Shown: positions 6,807-15,076 of the stretch, one piece after another
How the letters are laid out: every line of letters begins with the position of its first letter
Numbering within the stretch: position 1 is the stretch's first letter
IMG/VR virus record: IMGVR_UViG_3300037424_001687
Location: 1 to 30,153 of that record
Source of the DNA: a virus
Lineage: Duplodnaviria; Caudoviricetes
Length of the DNA: 30,153 nucleotides
Direction: 5' to 3' (one strand)
Position numbers and translations under genes: made by a program
The notes under the pieces: generated by a model
Seen by the model: the letters and a program-made list of their open reading frames with translations, nothing else
Told to the model about the DNA's origin: nothing
The model's database searches: none

Positions 6807-6853
6807 GGGGTGGCTGACGGGGCTCGAACCCGCGACCACCAGATCCACAATCT
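6807..6853 (-). other. 3' half of tRNA-His(GUG): putative attP core
   Basis: AGA-TTGTGGA-TCTGG-TGGTC-GCGGG-TTCGAGC-CCCGT-CAGCCAC-C-CC gives the anticodon loop GTG, T-arm, 3' acceptor strand and C73 discriminator. The 5' half and D-arm are absent. It is followed by a CCCC-TTC-GGGG hairpin and ATTTTT. Confidence 0.88.
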
Positions 6854-6963
6854 CCCTCATAAGAAGGGACTCTAAGTGCGGGCATGGGGCATGACCGGCA
6901 AAGAATTTGGCGGTGCGGAGCAGACGGCCTCGGGCTATTTCCCGGGAAATAGATGACGGGGGA

Positions 6964-7164
6964 TCAGGCCAGCAGTTTGGCCGGCGTTGTTCCGAGAACA
7001 ACTGCAATTCGGTCAAGCGTTTGCAGAGAAGGAATCAACGCGCCGCGCTCGACCCGATTGTAGTTGACGCGAGAAAGGCTCGCTCGCGCAGCCGTTTCGG
7101 CCTGGGTGAGTCGCCGAATCGCGCGGAGACGTTTCAGATTGTCCGGCAAACTCGCTAGGCTCAT
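6964..7164 (-). CDS. XRE-family HTH protein (66 aa)
   Basis: LPDNLKRLRAIRRLTQAETAARASLSRVNYNRVERGALIPSLQTLDRIAVVL. Confidence 0.9.
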   Translation of the reverse strand: MSLASLPDNLKRLRAIRRLTQAETAARASLSRVNYNRVERGALIPSLQTLDRIAVVLGTTPAKLLA

Positions 7165-7180
7165 TTTTGCTTCCAAAAGC

Positions 7181-7234
7181 GGCCCGCGTGGCCGGTGTAT
7201 CCTGGGCGGTGACTAATCGCCCGCCACGCGGGCC
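7181..7234 (-). promoter_or_regulatory. GC-rich branched hairpin between the 168-aa ORF and the HTH gene
   Basis: 12-bp arms GGCCCGCGTGGC/GCCACGCGGGCC enclosing an inner GGGCG/CGCCC stem, followed by GCTTTT on the minus strand. Confidence 0.6.
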
Positions 7235-7252
7235 AGGAGTCGAGTTAGTCGC

Positions 7253-7759
7253 TTATCGAGCCTCTTTCCAATCTCTGCTGAAAGCCGGTAGCTGCTTGCC
7301 GATCGCCGACTTCGCTTCTGTTGCTTCGGACTCGCTCAGTTCGTGAAACTTGTCGCCAAGCCGATTGGCCTTGTCAGCGGCAAACTGGCCAGCGTCAGCG
7401 ATGATTGGGACGAATCGCTTTTTGCCGTATTGCCCAGTGTATTTGGAACAAAACCCCAAAACCCAGCCCCACAGCGGAGCGGCGGCACGATCTACGTCGG
7501 CGAGTGTGAACCGATCCAATTCAGCTTCGCTAAAGAAAAACACACGCTTGGCTTTGTTGTTGCCGAAGCGGCCGGCATGGTGGAACTCGACGGCCAGAGG
7601 TTCGATTTCCTTGGCCGTGATCTTCCGGCCAAGCCGCTTGCTCAGCCACTTGGCCGCCTGACCTGCGGTCAGCCGTCCAGCGGACTGGGCTGCAATAAAA
7701 TTATTGCTTTTGCCCTGGGCGGCGTATTCGGATTGCGAAGTTCCTTGCAGCGTTTCCAT
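7253..7759 (-). CDS. Hypothetical phage protein (168 aa)
   Basis: ATG 7759 with SD GGGAGA supplied by the repeated leader. Motifs KSNNF..AGRLTA and EFHHAGRF. Confidence 0.8.
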   Translation of the reverse strand: METLQGTSQSEYAAQGKSNNFIAAQSAGRLTAGQAAKWLSKRLGRKITAKEIEPLAVEFHHAGRFGNNKAKRVFFFSEAELDRFTLADVDRAAAPLWGWVLGFCSKYTGQYGKKRFVPIIADAGQFAADKANRLGDKFHELSESEATEAKSAIGKQLPAFSRDWKEAR

Positions 7760-7765
7760 CTCATC

Positions 7766-7850
7766 TCTCCCGCAGGGGTCAACCTGCACTGCGTTTCAGC
7801 CCGCCGGCTCGATCAAGTCATTCGCTTGATCTGACTTCATTGTAATCACT
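7766..7850 (-). repeat. Repeated structured leader, copy 1
   Basis: 52 bp (7799-7850) identical to 8147-8198, then hairpin GCAGG-TTGACC-CCTGC and SD GGGAGA. Confidence 0.95.
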
Positions 7851-8103
7851 TCGGCAAAGCAATTGTGAGGCGTCGTGTGGATGACGAGATGACAACCTGC
7901 TTACCAATCACCGCCCCGTTCGCGACTTCTTCTAACCACACCTCTGTGAGTCGCTTTTTGTCTGAACCAAGAAGGGCAAGGTGGGTTTTGGCTTCTTCGA
8001 CCTTCCAGGCGATCGTCTGACGACACTTCCACGTCGTCCGGTCGTAAGTCACATACTCACGCAACTCGCCTACTCGCGTCGAGCCGTTATTCATCGTATT
8101 CAT
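7846..8103 (-). CDS. Hypothetical protein (85 aa)
   Basis: ATG 8103 with SD GGGAGA. Its TGA stop lies inside the first bases of repeat copy 1. Confidence 0.75.
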   Translation of the reverse strand: MNTMNNGSTRVGELREYVTYDRTTWKCRQTIAWKVEEAKTHLALLGSDKKRLTEVWLEEVANGAVIGKQVVISSSTRRLTIALPK

Positions 8104-8111
8104 TTTCGTTT

Positions 8112-8198
8112 TCTCCCGGCCGGAGTCAACCGGCCACTGCGTTTTTGCCCGCCGGCTCGATCAAGTCATTCGCTTGATCTGACTTCATTGTAATCACT
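8112..8198 (-). repeat. Repeated structured leader, copy 2
   Basis: 52 bp identical to copy 1, then hairpin GGCCGG-TTGACT-CCGGCC and SD GGGAGA. Confidence 0.95.
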
Positions 8199-8224
8199 AT
8201 CGAATGTAATGCAATAGATTACAT
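8187..8224 (-). promoter_or_regulatory. Promoter with overlapping palindromic operator
   Basis: TTGCAT-N16-TACAAT (8214-8187). The palindrome ATGTAAT-N7-ATTACAT (8204-8224) covers the -35. Confidence 0.6.
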
Positions 8225-8367
8225 ACGGATGCTCTGTGGATAATCTGCGGAAGCTCCGAGAATGCGTTATTTCCCGCGAAATACCAACGCTGCGCCCCTA
8301 ATCCGGGTGTCTTGATTTTTGCGACGTGGCGCGGGATGGTATTGGCTCACCCCAAAAGGAGGTTGCC

Positions 8368-9333
8368 ATGCGATATGCACTGATACTCAGCGCGGCTGTT
8401 TTTGCGTTTGCTGAAATCGCGCACGCTCAGAACCCAGCAATGGAACGTGGCAGTGCGGCAGCGTACTCGGCCATCGTGAGAACTGGCTTGGCCTCGGGAG
8501 TCGATAATGTAGATGTAAAATTGGTGGAGCTTGGCCGCCAGCAAATTGAGGCGGAGATACGAAAAGCGCTGGCGGATGATCCGAAGGCCGAAAAATCTCC
8601 TCTGCTCCGCAAGGTGCTCGACAAAGCAGAAGAACAACGGAAACAAAAAATCAAACTCCTTGAACGAGTGCTTCAAAGGCTGCAAGCAGAGCTTAAGGAA
8701 ATGAAGCGTGGCAAGGTGAGTCAGAACGATAACGCGGAACGACGCACCAGCGGCAACGGCCGGCGAGAATCCTCTGCCGGCATGAGCTACGCCTACGATC
8801 CTCAAACGCGCGCGTCGCGATACTTTCTCTTCCGAACCGCGAAGTTTAAAAAAGACGCCATCGCGTCAGAACAAAAAGAAATCGCTGACGTCGAGAAGGT
8901 GCTAAAACGGCTGCAAGCAGACGACCTGATCTATGTCCCAGTGCTGCCCGTCTATAATGTGGCCATCGGAAAAATCGGACAGTTGTATGACACAACGAGC
9001 TTTCGCGTGCTTCAGGTGATCGACGGCAAAAACATGCTGATGGTGCATCGCCGTGAAAATGTGTTTTGGATCAAGGGCGTTTACACAGATGGGATCGTCA
9101 GCAATTCGTGGAAAACGCTTACCGACCTATTTCAGGTGTCGGGCACCAAACAGTACGATTCTGCTGACGGCGGAACCAAAACCGTTTTTGTTTTGGAGGC
9201 GGTTCACTTCGACAAATCGCGCGGAGCGCAGGCCGGTTTGGCCGGCGTTCGGAATCACAGCGGCCCGCCGGCCAGCGTCGAAGCCGCGCAGAAACTGATG
9301 CGACAACGGCTGGAGAAGCGGAAAGAGCCATGA
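8368..9333 (+). CDS. Secreted/periplasmic coiled-coil protein (321 aa), cargo gene
   Basis: SD AAGGAGG. Signal peptide MRYALILSAAVFAFAEIAHA/Q, charged helical middle, beta-rich C-terminal domain (FRVLQVIDG..FWIKGV..GTKQY..TVFVLE). Confidence 0.85.
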   Translation: MRYALILSAAVFAFAEIAHAQNPAMERGSAAAYSAIVRTGLASGVDNVDVKLVELGRQQIEAEIRKALADDPKAEKSPLLRKVLDKAEEQRKQKIKLLERVLQRLQAELKEMKRGKVSQNDNAERRTSGNGRRESSAGMSYAYDPQTRASRYFLFRTAKFKKDAIASEQKEIADVEKVLKRLQADDLIYVPVLPVYNVAIGKIGQLYDTTSFRVLQVIDGKNMLMVHRRENVFWIKGVYTDGIVSNSWKTLTDLFQVSGTKQYDSADGGTKTVFVLEAVHFDKSRGAQAGLAGVRNHSGPPASVEAAQKLMRQRLEKRKEP

Positions 9334-9776
9334 GCATTTTTGCCGCGATCATTCGGACTCTTTTCTTCGTCTGTCTTTCCTTTACGGGCGTTGGCTTGTG
9401 CATCGTTGGAATGTTTGGGGATAATGCAGAATACCTGACGGCCGGGGCCGTCATCGTTTTTGGTTTGATCATCGCGGCCGACGTTGCCAAACTGGTCGAT
9501 TACCAGGAGAAGGCCAGGGCGGCCGAAGAGTCAACGCGAAAATTGCAAGGAGAACAGGCCAGGGCGAAGGCGGTTGTGGAATATCGTCGAGAGCAACAAG
9601 CTGGAAAACGTCTTGGCAAAATGATCGGCGAAAACCAATTGCCGCCAGATATAGACTTCGACGCCCTCATTGAAAAAGAGCTTGGACTCTCGAAGTCACA
9701 AAAGCGCCCTGAGCTTTCTTCTCGCCAAATAGATCGCCAGCAGCACCAGCGGCCGCGCGCCGAGACGGGCGAATAG
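9330..9776 (+). CDS. Membrane protein with two N-terminal TM helices and a coiled coil (148 aa)
   Basis: ATGA overlap with the upstream gene. Two hydrophobic stretches, then a charged helix. The 3' end overlaps the convergent gene by 81 bp. Confidence 0.8.
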   Translation: MSIFAAIIRTLFFVCLSFTGVGLCIVGMFGDNAEYLTAGAVIVFGLIIAADVAKLVDYQEKARAAEESTRKLQGEQARAKAVVEYRREQQAGKRLGKMIGENQLPPDIDFDALIEKELGLSKSQKRPELSSRQIDRQQHQRPRAETGE

Positions 9777-10118
9777 GGCGAACAACCGGCCGCGCTCTGC
9801 GGCCGATTCCCGCAGCCAGCCGACGATCACGCTCAGGTTCGCGCTACACCAATCGGGGCCGTTTCGATCCATTATGGCCGCTCGCTCGTCGCATCGACAC
9901 ATACCATCTGATCGGATGAAAAGCCAGCCCAGCAGCCGCTTTAGCTCGGAGCCTACACCGACCAAAGTTATCTGCGCGTCGATGACGCGAGCGCCGGGCA
10001 CCCTTTTTTCCACGGTTTGGACAACTGCCGTCGCATCGGTCGCCAAAACTTCTTTCAAGACCCGTCGCTTCCGTGGGGACTTCGGCAGCGTGTATGTCAC
10101 CGTGTAATAATGTTGCAT
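9696..10118 (-). CDS. Hypothetical protein (140 aa), last gene of the late operon
   Basis: N-terminal YTVTYT domain and a C-terminal GVGSELKRLL..CRC..RA..MD..GPDWC domain. Confidence 0.8.
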   Translation of the reverse strand: MQHYYTVTYTLPKSPRKRRVLKEVLATDATAVVQTVEKRVPGARVIDAQITLVGVGSELKRLLGWLFIRSDGMCRCDERAAIMDRNGPDWCSANLSVIVGWLRESAAERGRLFALFARLGARPLVLLAIYLARRKLRALL

Positions 10119-10121
10119 CGC

Positions 10122-10895
10122 CTAGCCCATGTTTGTCATGTCCGGCATTCCCATCATCATCGGTCCCTGGGGGCCGAAACCCGGTCGGCGTTGCGGCTCG
10201 GCGGCTATCTCGATGTCGCCGGAAACGACGCTGCTTGCCACCGCGTTGACGGGATGGACCGCCTTGGCGTCGATGATCGTGGCCCCGGCTAGAACCTTTT
10301 CCGCCGTCTCCATCGCGGATCGAAGGTCCGGCGCGATAACTCCGACCAGACTCTTTCGACCGTCCGGCTTGTCGGGTTGCGTATAGGTCACGGTGTAACT
10401 GTAGACGAACATTTCATTTACCTCATATTCAGGGTTTGCGTTAGAGAGACTGTGATTTGTCGCAGTAAGTTCCGCCAGCGGATCAACGAACCGCTGGCAC
10501 GTTCCATCAATCAGGTGCTTTTTCCACGCCGTCCAGCGGTCGGAGCAAGAACTGCAATTGGTGCAGCCGTCCGGCCGCAATGCTTCGCATTTTTCACAAA
10601 CGGCCAACCGCTCCGCGATGATCGAGAAGTCGATATTGTGCGGGAGAGTCATTGCGCGGATGGATTCTCGAATGGCCGCAATCATGCCCGATGGATCGAA
10701 GGCGCCTCGGGTCGCCGCAGCTTTTGTCCCGCCGGTTTTTTGTTTCGTCGTATGCTGCCGCAGTAGTTTTCGCGCGGCTTCGACGCCGCCCGGCGGACTG
10801 TTGGGTTTTCGAACGCCAGCCATCGTGCTTTGCACGCCGCGGGCCATCATCTCCTTGATCTTGGCGATTTGATTCTGCATGTCCATGTTTTTCAA
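10122..10895 (-). CDS. Cys-cluster protein with C-terminal YTVTYT domain (257 aa)
   Basis: RLAVCEKCE..GCTNCSSC..C. 4-bp overlap with the upstream stop. Possible internal start at 10412. Confidence 0.75.
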   Translation of the reverse strand: MKNMDMQNQIAKIKEMMARGVQSTMAGVRKPNSPPGGVEAARKLLRQHTTKQKTGGTKAAATRGAFDPSGMIAAIRESIRAMTLPHNIDFSIIAERLAVCEKCEALRPDGCTNCSSCSDRWTAWKKHLIDGTCQRFVDPLAELTATNHSLSNANPEYEVNEMFVYSYTVTYTQPDKPDGRKSLVGVIAPDLRSAMETAEKVLAGATIIDAKAVHPVNAVASSVVSGDIEIAAEPQRRPGFGPQGPMMMGMPDMTNMG

Positions 10896-13507
10896 CCTCG
10901 GTCAACGTAGTGCGGGGTAAGGGTCCAGGCGGTTCCGTTCTTGTAGCCGCATATCTGGTCGGGGTCGTCGATCACGCATCCGAACGCCCCGGGCTGAACT
11001 GCCCAGCCGGGCGAACAGAACGAATAGTGCAAGCCGCCGCGATAGCAGAAGTCGAACAAGAGTTGCACGATAAAGGCGTTCCTCCGCCGCAGGTCGCTCC
11101 ACACCCACACGCCGACCGGCCAACCCTCGTTGTACCAGTATTCGCCGGGAACGCCCACCTGGTCGAATCGAACGACGACCTCTCCGGTCTCTTCGTCGTA
11201 GGTGAACCAGTCGCGCGTCATCTGCATGGAACCGACCTGCGTATCTTTGCCGTCGATCACTTGCCAGAGCGTACAGGTCTCATCGGGCGGATCGTGGGCG
11301 ACGGCCGTGATGTCCAGGTCGGGGACGCCATTGATCGCGCCGATCACGGCCGCCATCGTCAGCTTCGCGGTCAGGCTGATGGCGACGGCCACGTGTCCCG
11401 ATTCGACGGAGGAGTCGCTGTCAAACTCGAAAATCACGGGGTCGTGAACGCCGTCGTCGATCGTGAACGTGGCCCCGTCCTCCACGCCGATTGTCGCCCC
11501 GTTGTAGGTCAGTTCGATCGCGAAGTTGTGCCAGGGCGTCCCAATCTTCATGGAGCCAGCTCGCATAAACTGGGGGGCATCCTCCTCACCTTCACCGAGG
11601 TATACCATCGTGGTAATGACAGGTTCATTTTCCGATACCTCGCCGACGTCCCACTGGTGCTCCTCATAGTTGACGGCAATCAATTCTTCCATAAACGCCT
11701 TGACCTCCGGCTCCCATGCGTCCCATGCGTACATGAAAAAGTCGCCACCGAACTTGGCGTTGACGGCGGCTGTGATCTTGTCGATGGTTTGCTCGTCCGA
11801 GTCGTCGTCGTTGAAAGGCACTTTCACGTTGTCAAACGTCACGCCGTTGCGCACGTGCGTGCCTACCGAGTCGTCGCTGTCAAACTCGAATCGGATGGCC
11901 GGATTCTCCGAGTCGTACATGTCCCACGTCAGCCCCTCCTTGATCGGAACCATATATCGCCGATTATACGGCCCGGTTTTTGGGCCGGGTCCGTCGGGGA
12001 ACAACCAGTAAATCTCATCGTAGTAGAGCATCCGCTGTTTGACCATCGTGAAGCGGAGGTCCCAGTAGTCCACGTCCACGAACGGGTTCTCGTCGAGTTC
12101 GTTGCCGCAGTCGTCGTATTCCTCGTTGTTCAACGCCAGCGTGACCGAGGCGTTGGAAAAATCGAGCGAATAACCTAAATCCAGGTTGCTGGACAGCGCC
12201 TCGTCGAAGTCAAGCACGAGCGATTCCAGGTCGGACGCCATCAGTTTCCACCATGCTTTTGCCACCCTTAATTCTGCGGAAAAGGCGACCGTGCGGATTA
12301 CGGGGCCGCTCTCGGTCCAGATTATATCGCCGCCTGTGAGCGTGACGGTAAAATCCGTCACCTGACAGTCATCCACGGTAGTTTGACTGGAGATAGCAGT
12401 CAGCCAACTTGGAAACGGACCGAGACAGCCGTAGGGGGCCGAGTAGAAGTAACCTGACGAGTAATGTCTGTACTTAACGACGAGTGGGTCGACGTCCGAT
12501 TCCATAAATCCAAAGAAGCACTTGGATTCTTCCGGCATCCCAAGCCCTGAAATAGAGGCCGTGATGCAGCAGGTTCCCCGGCTGTTTGGATTATCCTCTA
12601 AAAAATAATCATTTGAGCAGTAGGGACCGTGGGTACAGTGGGACTGGTCTCGCACGGTGATCGGGTAAATGGCAGCCGTGAGCGCGTCTTTTATACGATG
12701 CCCATAAGGGGCAGACGTGTTACACGGGATTGGCGTATCGCAATCCATTGTACCAAAGATTAAAGAGGGTTCGGTGGCTACACACTCTTCCTCATTGGTA
12801 ATGGGGTCTTCATTCTCGTCGCAGCAAGTTAGCGACCCCATTCCTATTGGGAATACGAGTTGATGTATACCGTCCGGGCTAGTCCGTACTCTACATCCCC
12901 AATAAGAATTCCACTCGCACGGCCCGTCAAAATAACCCCAGAACGCCTGCGAAATGTCACCGTCCAACAGCCGAGGCGCCATCATCGACGGCAAGCTGTC
13001 GTAAATTCCCTGAGTACGAGCCAGAGAAGTGTGGTAGGCGTCCGGAAGAAACATGGTGTCTTCAACAAAGAGCCGAACCTTGCCGGGCCACCAATCCTCT
13101 TCCGTCATCCGGTAGACGTGCGTTATGCCTAGCGTGGATACCCACTCATCGTGATAAGAATCACTCACGCTTAAGTGGAGGACATGAAGCCCTGCATGTG
13201 GGTTAATGTCCGTTACGTTTTCTAGGCAAGGATACGTCTCTTCCGGGTAGTTGCCACCACATGAAGTTCCCGTGCTCTCGCCCCCGATGATGACGGCGAT
13301 ATATTTTGGAATCTCGTCGCCCCATCGCGTCGAGATGCAGGTGTCCGGCGTGCTTCCCTCTTCGAGTCCGTCGTAGTCGTAGCCGTTGGTAACGTCCGAA
13401 CAACTGAGCCAACTGGGGCATTCGCAGCCCAAGCTGCCCCAGAACGAGACGACGCCTGGAAGGCCGCCGCCCCATGCCGCTGTGAAAAATGCCGAGAGTC
13501 CGATCAT
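10892..13507 (-). CDS. Large acidic Cys-rich tail-tip/receptor-binding candidate (871 aa)
   Basis: Long ORF after the tail-tip genes. ATG 13507 overlaps the upstream stop (ATGA). Very D/E-rich with many Cys and a duplicated FEFDSDxSV module. Confidence 0.75.
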   Translation of the reverse strand: MIGLSAFFTAAWGGGLPGVVSFWGSLGCECPSWLSCSDVTNGYDYDGLEEGSTPDTCISTRWGDEIPKYIAVIIGGESTGTSCGGNYPEETYPCLENVTDINPHAGLHVLHLSVSDSYHDEWVSTLGITHVYRMTEEDWWPGKVRLFVEDTMFLPDAYHTSLARTQGIYDSLPSMMAPRLLDGDISQAFWGYFDGPCEWNSYWGCRVRTSPDGIHQLVFPIGMGSLTCCDENEDPITNEEECVATEPSLIFGTMDCDTPIPCNTSAPYGHRIKDALTAAIYPITVRDQSHCTHGPYCSNDYFLEDNPNSRGTCCITASISGLGMPEESKCFFGFMESDVDPLVVKYRHYSSGYFYSAPYGCLGPFPSWLTAISSQTTVDDCQVTDFTVTLTGGDIIWTESGPVIRTVAFSAELRVAKAWWKLMASDLESLVLDFDEALSSNLDLGYSLDFSNASVTLALNNEEYDDCGNELDENPFVDVDYWDLRFTMVKQRMLYYDEIYWLFPDGPGPKTGPYNRRYMVPIKEGLTWDMYDSENPAIRFEFDSDDSVGTHVRNGVTFDNVKVPFNDDDSDEQTIDKITAAVNAKFGGDFFMYAWDAWEPEVKAFMEELIAVNYEEHQWDVGEVSENEPVITTMVYLGEGEEDAPQFMRAGSMKIGTPWHNFAIELTYNGATIGVEDGATFTIDDGVHDPVIFEFDSDSSVESGHVAVAISLTAKLTMAAVIGAINGVPDLDITAVAHDPPDETCTLWQVIDGKDTQVGSMQMTRDWFTYDEETGEVVVRFDQVGVPGEYWYNEGWPVGVWVWSDLRRRNAFIVQLLFDFCYRGGLHYSFCSPGWAVQPGAFGCVIDDPDQICGYKNGTAWTLTPHYVDRG

Positions 13508-14136
13508 AGGTAAGCTGTTGCAACGCACGGGGCGCTGACCACAAAGAAGTGTCGGAGGTTCGGAAAGTATCTTGCAATAATGAGTGTGTTCGACGGCAGT
13601 CCCTGGCCCTCCGCCAACAGTCCGCCGTCAAAAACCGCTTTCTCGACGATCTGCGAATTGATGAGTATATCGGCTGTGGCGGACCCTTGATACGATAGAT
13701 CGGTTTTAAGGATGCCCCAGAACTCCAATTCACTGCTCGCCCTCTTCGTAATCATCACGGTACTGTAAAGTTCGTATCCTTGCACTTCGAATTCAAGCGG
13801 TTCCGCCTGCACCCAATCGCCAGCCCAGCAAGGCATCTGTCCGCTGCCGTCCACCGCCATGACCGTCCAAGCAGGATTGTCGCGCGGCGTGTCGCTGAAG
13901 TGCGGGTCGGAAAGGAAGCCGGTGTCAGGATCAAACTCGCCCGGATTCGCCTTGGCAGCATAGGTCGTATCAGAGTCAAGGTCCGTTAAGAGTTGATACC
14001 AGTCGGAATCGGTCAGACTTTTGGGGATCGGCCTTGAGTTGTGCCCATTCAGTCCGGCCAATCGGCTTGCTTCATACGCGGCAACGGTGTTGATGATCCG
14101 TTTGCCGGCGGAAGTGCTGATTGAGGTGAAGGCCAT
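13504..14136 (-). CDS. Putative minor tail protein (210 aa)
   Basis: Second gene after the tape measure, tightly packed. Function inferred from position only. Confidence 0.7.
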   Translation of the reverse strand: MAFTSISTSAGKRIINTVAAYEASRLAGLNGHNSRPIPKSLTDSDWYQLLTDLDSDTTYAAKANPGEFDPDTGFLSDPHFSDTPRDNPAWTVMAVDGSGQMPCWAGDWVQAEPLEFEVQGYELYSTVMITKRASSELEFWGILKTDLSYQGSATADILINSQIVEKAVFDGGLLAEGQGLPSNTLIIARYFPNLRHFFVVSAPCVATAYL

Positions 14137-14143
14137 GATGCAC

Positions 14144-15061
14144 TTACATCTCCCAGGGCGGGATCAACATCAGCGGCCCGAAGGCGGTTTTATTGACCGT
14201 GCGAAACGGAATCCAATGAAAAGGAGCGCTCCACCCGCCGACGGCGAGCGGAGTAATCGGAACGCCTGATTTGGAGAGCGGCATTATCTGACCATCAACC
14301 ACGTTCTTCAACTTGATTGCTCGTACTATCGGCTTGCCATTCTCGATGACGATTTCGCGCGGACCGGCGTTAAGGACTTGGTACGGGTCCCAGCCGCCGA
14401 GCAGGCCACCGTTAGTCAGCATGGTGAACGGCTTGACAAGGACGGTGTAGGTGTAGGCAAACCAGTACGCGCCAAACTCGAAAACCTCTTGCGCGTCGAT
14501 ATCGGCGATCAGCGCTTCGCCCGGCGCGGCGCCCAGCCAATTATCCGTGTTGGTGCAGTTGAGAAAGGCGCGGTCGTTCGCTCGGTTGCAGGTTGGCTCG
14601 TACCGCTGAATGGTCACCTCGTCAACGAAAATCGGCAACTGCGGAGGCGGATCGAACGGCGTCCCGACCGTATCGACAAACGGCTTCTGATCCAAGTCCC
14701 CGAAGAGGCTTTGCTGGATTGCCGTGAAATTAAATTTCCATTTCGGTCGGCGCAGGTCCGGCTGCTTTTGGTCCTCGCGCGGATCGCGATTGCCAGTAAT
14801 CGCGTTCCAATCCGCCTCCACGTCCCAGAGGTGCGGATCGTCCTCTCGGCGTTGCGCGTCCACCTTCACGCACAGAGAAGCCGGATTTTCCGGGTGCGGG
14901 AAGCCGTACTTCGGAAGCGATCCGGAACTCAGCACGGAGGTACGCGTTTCGGTGGGGCTGCTGCATTTGACCAGGTACTCGGACCGGAACTGCTGCGCGC
15001 CTCGTTCGGCGACCGAAGACTCCTGGCCGCCCGATTTCGGCCGCACCCAAATGACGCTCAT
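14144..15061 (-). CDS. Putative distal tail/hub protein (305 aa)
   Basis: Directly follows the tape measure. Beta-rich, with LPKYGFPHP and VDTVGTPFDPP motifs. SD GAGG. Confidence 0.7.
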   Translation of the reverse strand: MSVIWVRPKSGGQESSVAERGAQQFRSEYLVKCSSPTETRTSVLSSGSLPKYGFPHPENPASLCVKVDAQRREDDPHLWDVEADWNAITGNRDPREDQKQPDLRRPKWKFNFTAIQQSLFGDLDQKPFVDTVGTPFDPPPQLPIFVDEVTIQRYEPTCNRANDRAFLNCTNTDNWLGAAPGEALIADIDAQEVFEFGAYWFAYTYTVLVKPFTMLTNGGLLGGWDPYQVLNAGPREIVIENGKPIVRAIKLKNVVDGQIMPLSKSGVPITPLAVGGWSAPFHWIPFRTVNKTAFGPLMLIPPWEM

Positions 15062-15076
15062 CGCAGGTTCCTCGCG

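Noticed and set aside
6807-6880. Complete tRNA-His gene
   Set aside because: The 5' acceptor strand and D-arm are absent and the anticodon stem is only partly paired. Treated as an att core.
7799-8198. CRISPR array or IS ends from the 52-bp repeats
   Set aside because: Only two direct copies, separated by a whole ORF. No cas or transposase gene in the window.
9330-9776. Holin or spanin call
   Set aside because: Opposite strand to the late operon, no endolysin nearby and no lipobox.
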